Below, one piece after another: positions 52,037 through 54,897 of a stretch of 54,897 bases of DNA. The position numbers were made by a program, and so were the translations under genes. Where the stretch lies: NCBI GenBank assembly GCA_001724265.1, contig MEDY01000040.1, forward strand, positions 62,001 through 116,897, written 5' to 3'. A model generated the notes under the pieces. It was not told where the DNA came from. It worked only from the letters and a program-made list of their open reading frames with translations, and searched no databases. This stretch comes from Rhizaria sp. SCN 62-66 (Eukaryota). The first letter of the stretch is position 1; every line of letters begins with the position of its first letter.

Positions 52037-52862
52037 GGCAACTAGGGTGCCGAGGCTAAAACACGGGATAAGGACAGTGACAACAAAGTGTGAGCGGGAT
52101 AGAGGATGAAGGAGAAAAGGGCAGAGAGAGCCCCAGTAAAGAGGGTGGGACACCAACGAGAGGTGTGCGTCTCTTGCGAGGTGTGTAGAGGGGCTACAAA
52201 TCGCGCAGTTGAGGAACCGATAAAACAAAACCAAGGAACAATGTGAGATGTGTGCAGAAAATTGATAAAGCTAGCAGTGTCACGATGTGGGGGAGTCCAC
52301 GAAGCCGCGGTTTTTTTCAGGAGCTCCTTAGCCCGGACTTGGGAGGGTGAGGCGAAAAATGAGCCGAATGAAGCACGATTTACATCACTCGGGAGAGATC
52401 GGTCCAAATAAAATAGAATCTAAAAGGCGTCTATACCTTATCAAACAGTACCAGTCGATGGCACATCTTCTCTCACTCTCAAACTGACCGTACAAGGCCG
52501 GCGAGGCAGGACGACTGTCACACCCAACCGCAGAAAAAAAGCCTAAGCGAGGGTTTGCATTGCACGCTGGAAAAGCCTGCCTGGCCGGAGTAATCCTTTT
52601 ACTCACTGGGTGGCTTGCTCACTGGCTGATCACTCCTAGTTGTGCCGTACTTCTCTGCAGACTAATCGTCAAATGAACTCTAAGTTTGTTTTTAGTCATC
52701 TGTTGCTGTAACTTGTGTTGTTTGCATGTTCACATGTTATCGGACCTCGTCTAAAACGGTAGACCCTTTCTTAATCCTGTGCCCTGAACAAAGTCGGATC
52801 TTCGACACACCCTTGCCTCATTGCAGCCGCTGCTCCAGGCATAATTCTCTCCTGAGCAGGCT

Positions 52863-54334
52863 ATGGCGAACCCGCAATACCCAGCATGGGCGTTATTTGC
52901 CTATGCTGCGGGTATGTTGTCGATGTTGACTGCAATAGTCATCGTCTACAAAAAGTACATCAAAGCCGACGTACGTCCCACACACCATGAGGCGAACTCA
53001 TTTAAACGTCGATATAGACTCTATATAACACCATATCTTTGACATTTGTGCTGGTCAACACTATTTAACTCACTTTCACGCCTTATACGCCCACTTTTAC
53101 CCACTAGCCTGCTACTTTTGCCGCTGCATCGGCCTCTGGCTCCGCTGCTTCTGGCGCTGCCGCCTCCGGCTCCCGCGCGAGCGCCCACACCTCCAGCTCC
53201 GCTCCCGCAGCTCCCACCGCGGCCGCCACGCGCGCCGCGGCCATCCGTGCCGAGCGCCGCCTTGCGTCGGAACGCGCTGCCGCCGAGCGCCCCTCTGCAC
53301 AGCGGCAGCGCGCCGTCGAGAGCGCGCGCGACCAGAGCCAGGCGGCGCGCAAGAAGGCTGAGGCCGACGCCGACGCCGCAGCGGTCTCACTAGCCGCGGA
53401 GCAGAGCCGCGCGGAGCAGGAGCAGTACGATCAGTGGAAGGACGCCTTTGCGGTTTCCGGGGCCGGCTCTGCGGCTGTCTGGGGGCTCAATAATAACAGC
53501 AACGGTAAGGGTACTACGAGCAGCAAGCGGATCGCGAAACAACGCATGTTACGTTATTTTCGCAGAACCAACGTCATCAAAGCCAACTCAAACACCACTA
53601 ATTGCCGCGCCACTGCTGGCACCTCTGGCTTTAACGCTACTAACAACCACGGCGGTCACGGTAACGATAACAACGCTGCCGCTGACGGCAATGACGACGA
53701 CAATGACGAGTTCGACGAAGTAGCCTGGGCCGAGGCTGAGGACGCGGCCTTCGTCGCCACGCTCCGGCGCGCGCGTGTGGCAGATCTGGGTGAGCTTGCG
53801 GCGGCGTACTCGGCCGCGCTGGGGCTCGCTGTGACCGTCGTCGACGTCGTCGCCTGGGCCCGGCGGCTCGAGCGGCGCGGCGCACTCTGGGGCGTCAATG
53901 ACGACCGCGGCCGTTACGTGCACCTGGGACGCGAGGGCGCCGAGGCCGTTGCGCGGTGGGTTGCCGCGGCCGGGCGCGTGACGCTCGCGGAGCTGGCGGT
54001 GGCGATCGGTGACGCCGTGGAGCTGGCGCCCAGGCCCGTCGTCGTGGTTATGCCAGTAATGCCTGCGATGCCGGTGACGTCAGAGAAGACGAATGCGAGT
54101 CCAGAGGGGGAGGTGCCGGGGATGGTGGGTAAGTCCGATGTGGACGGGGCTGCTGCCAGTGCGTTGGGGCATGAAAGCAGCGCCACTACTATGGGCGAGG
54201 CGGGGGCGGGGGCGGGGACCGAGACTGTGACTGAAATTGAAGCAGAGGCCGCGGAAGAGCTACGGCGTGTGTTGGCGACTGCGGAAGCACAGGCTGAGGC
54301 TGCGAGCAAGGCTGAGGGCAACAGTGAAGAGTGA
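52863..54334 (+). CDS. DDRGK1: DDRGK domain-containing protein 1 (UFBP1, ER UFMylation adaptor); exons 52863-52970, 53108-54334; ~444 aa
   Basis: N-terminal TM anchor WALFAYAAGMLSMLTAIVIVY, coiled region, EQYDQWKDAFAV, and a PCI-like domain with LWGVNDDRGRYVHL..E..AVA.WV...GRVTLAEL. 137-nt GTACGT..TAG intron. Ends in TGA. Confidence 0.88.
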
Positions 54335-54897
54335 AAGCAGAGCGTTCGCAGTGACTGCCACTTCTCTGCTGGCCGCCAAGTGGCCGAGAAATCTGTTTGG
54401 AGAGGCTTGAATTGTGATAAGTAGTGATCATCACAATTACCAATATTTAAGCTTATGTCTAGTTTCAAATATATATTATTCTTTGATATATACATGAATC
54501 TGTTTATTTATTGTATAATATCAGCTTTTCTGTCATGTGTGTGACATTTGTTGAAATGTATGTGCGCTTTTGTTTTCTCTGTAAAATGGCCTCTTCTTGC
54601 TACGATTTGTTTTGAACAATGAAAATATTGATCGTTACATATATGTACAAGTCAAGTCGGCATTTAATGACACACGATTTTGTTAGAAGTCTGTTGTATT
54701 TCAGTTAAAGTCAAATACATGGGATACTCTTCATAGTTTACACGCGAAATAGGATGGGGGAAGTGGGATTGGGTCAAATTATAAGGAAGGAAATAAACAT
54801 ACCCCTGATGTAGAGGTTTATGAAAAACGCAAAAACGCGCCTGGAAGGGGCGGTTTTAAATATCCATACAACTTTGCCAAACATCCGTTAAATGAAA

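Overview
Gene-dense nuclear DNA of a eukaryotic microbe. CEP41, katanin p60 and AIDA suggest a flagellated lineage, and an LYR-like protein suggests mitochondria. Exons are GC-rich and separated by AT-richer spacers and 20 modelled GT-AG introns of 130-216 nt. I could model 15 protein-coding genes by hand: Exo70, AIDA, polyprenol reductase (SRD5A3/DFG10), an LYR-like protein, cytosolic SerRS, Snapin-like, a small KKxx membrane protein, an S28 peptidase-like pseudoenzyme, an orphan, CEP41, a ~4,400-aa probable DUF3754/TMEM143 giant, katanin p60, an RPEL+RCC1 protein, an AT-hook orphan and DDRGK1. The main signal is a likely non-standard nuclear genetic code. All 15 genes end in TAA (9) or TGA (6) and none in TAG, while five in-frame TAG codons sit inside four otherwise open genes. 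One lies inside the CEP41 rhodanese-like domain and one between the conserved halves of polyprenol reductase. UAG therefore appears to be a rare sense codon (or efficiently read through) while UAA and UGA remain stops. Its amino acid (Gln or Leu by precedent) cannot be fixed from this window. Family calls rest on motif recognition by eye, not database searches.
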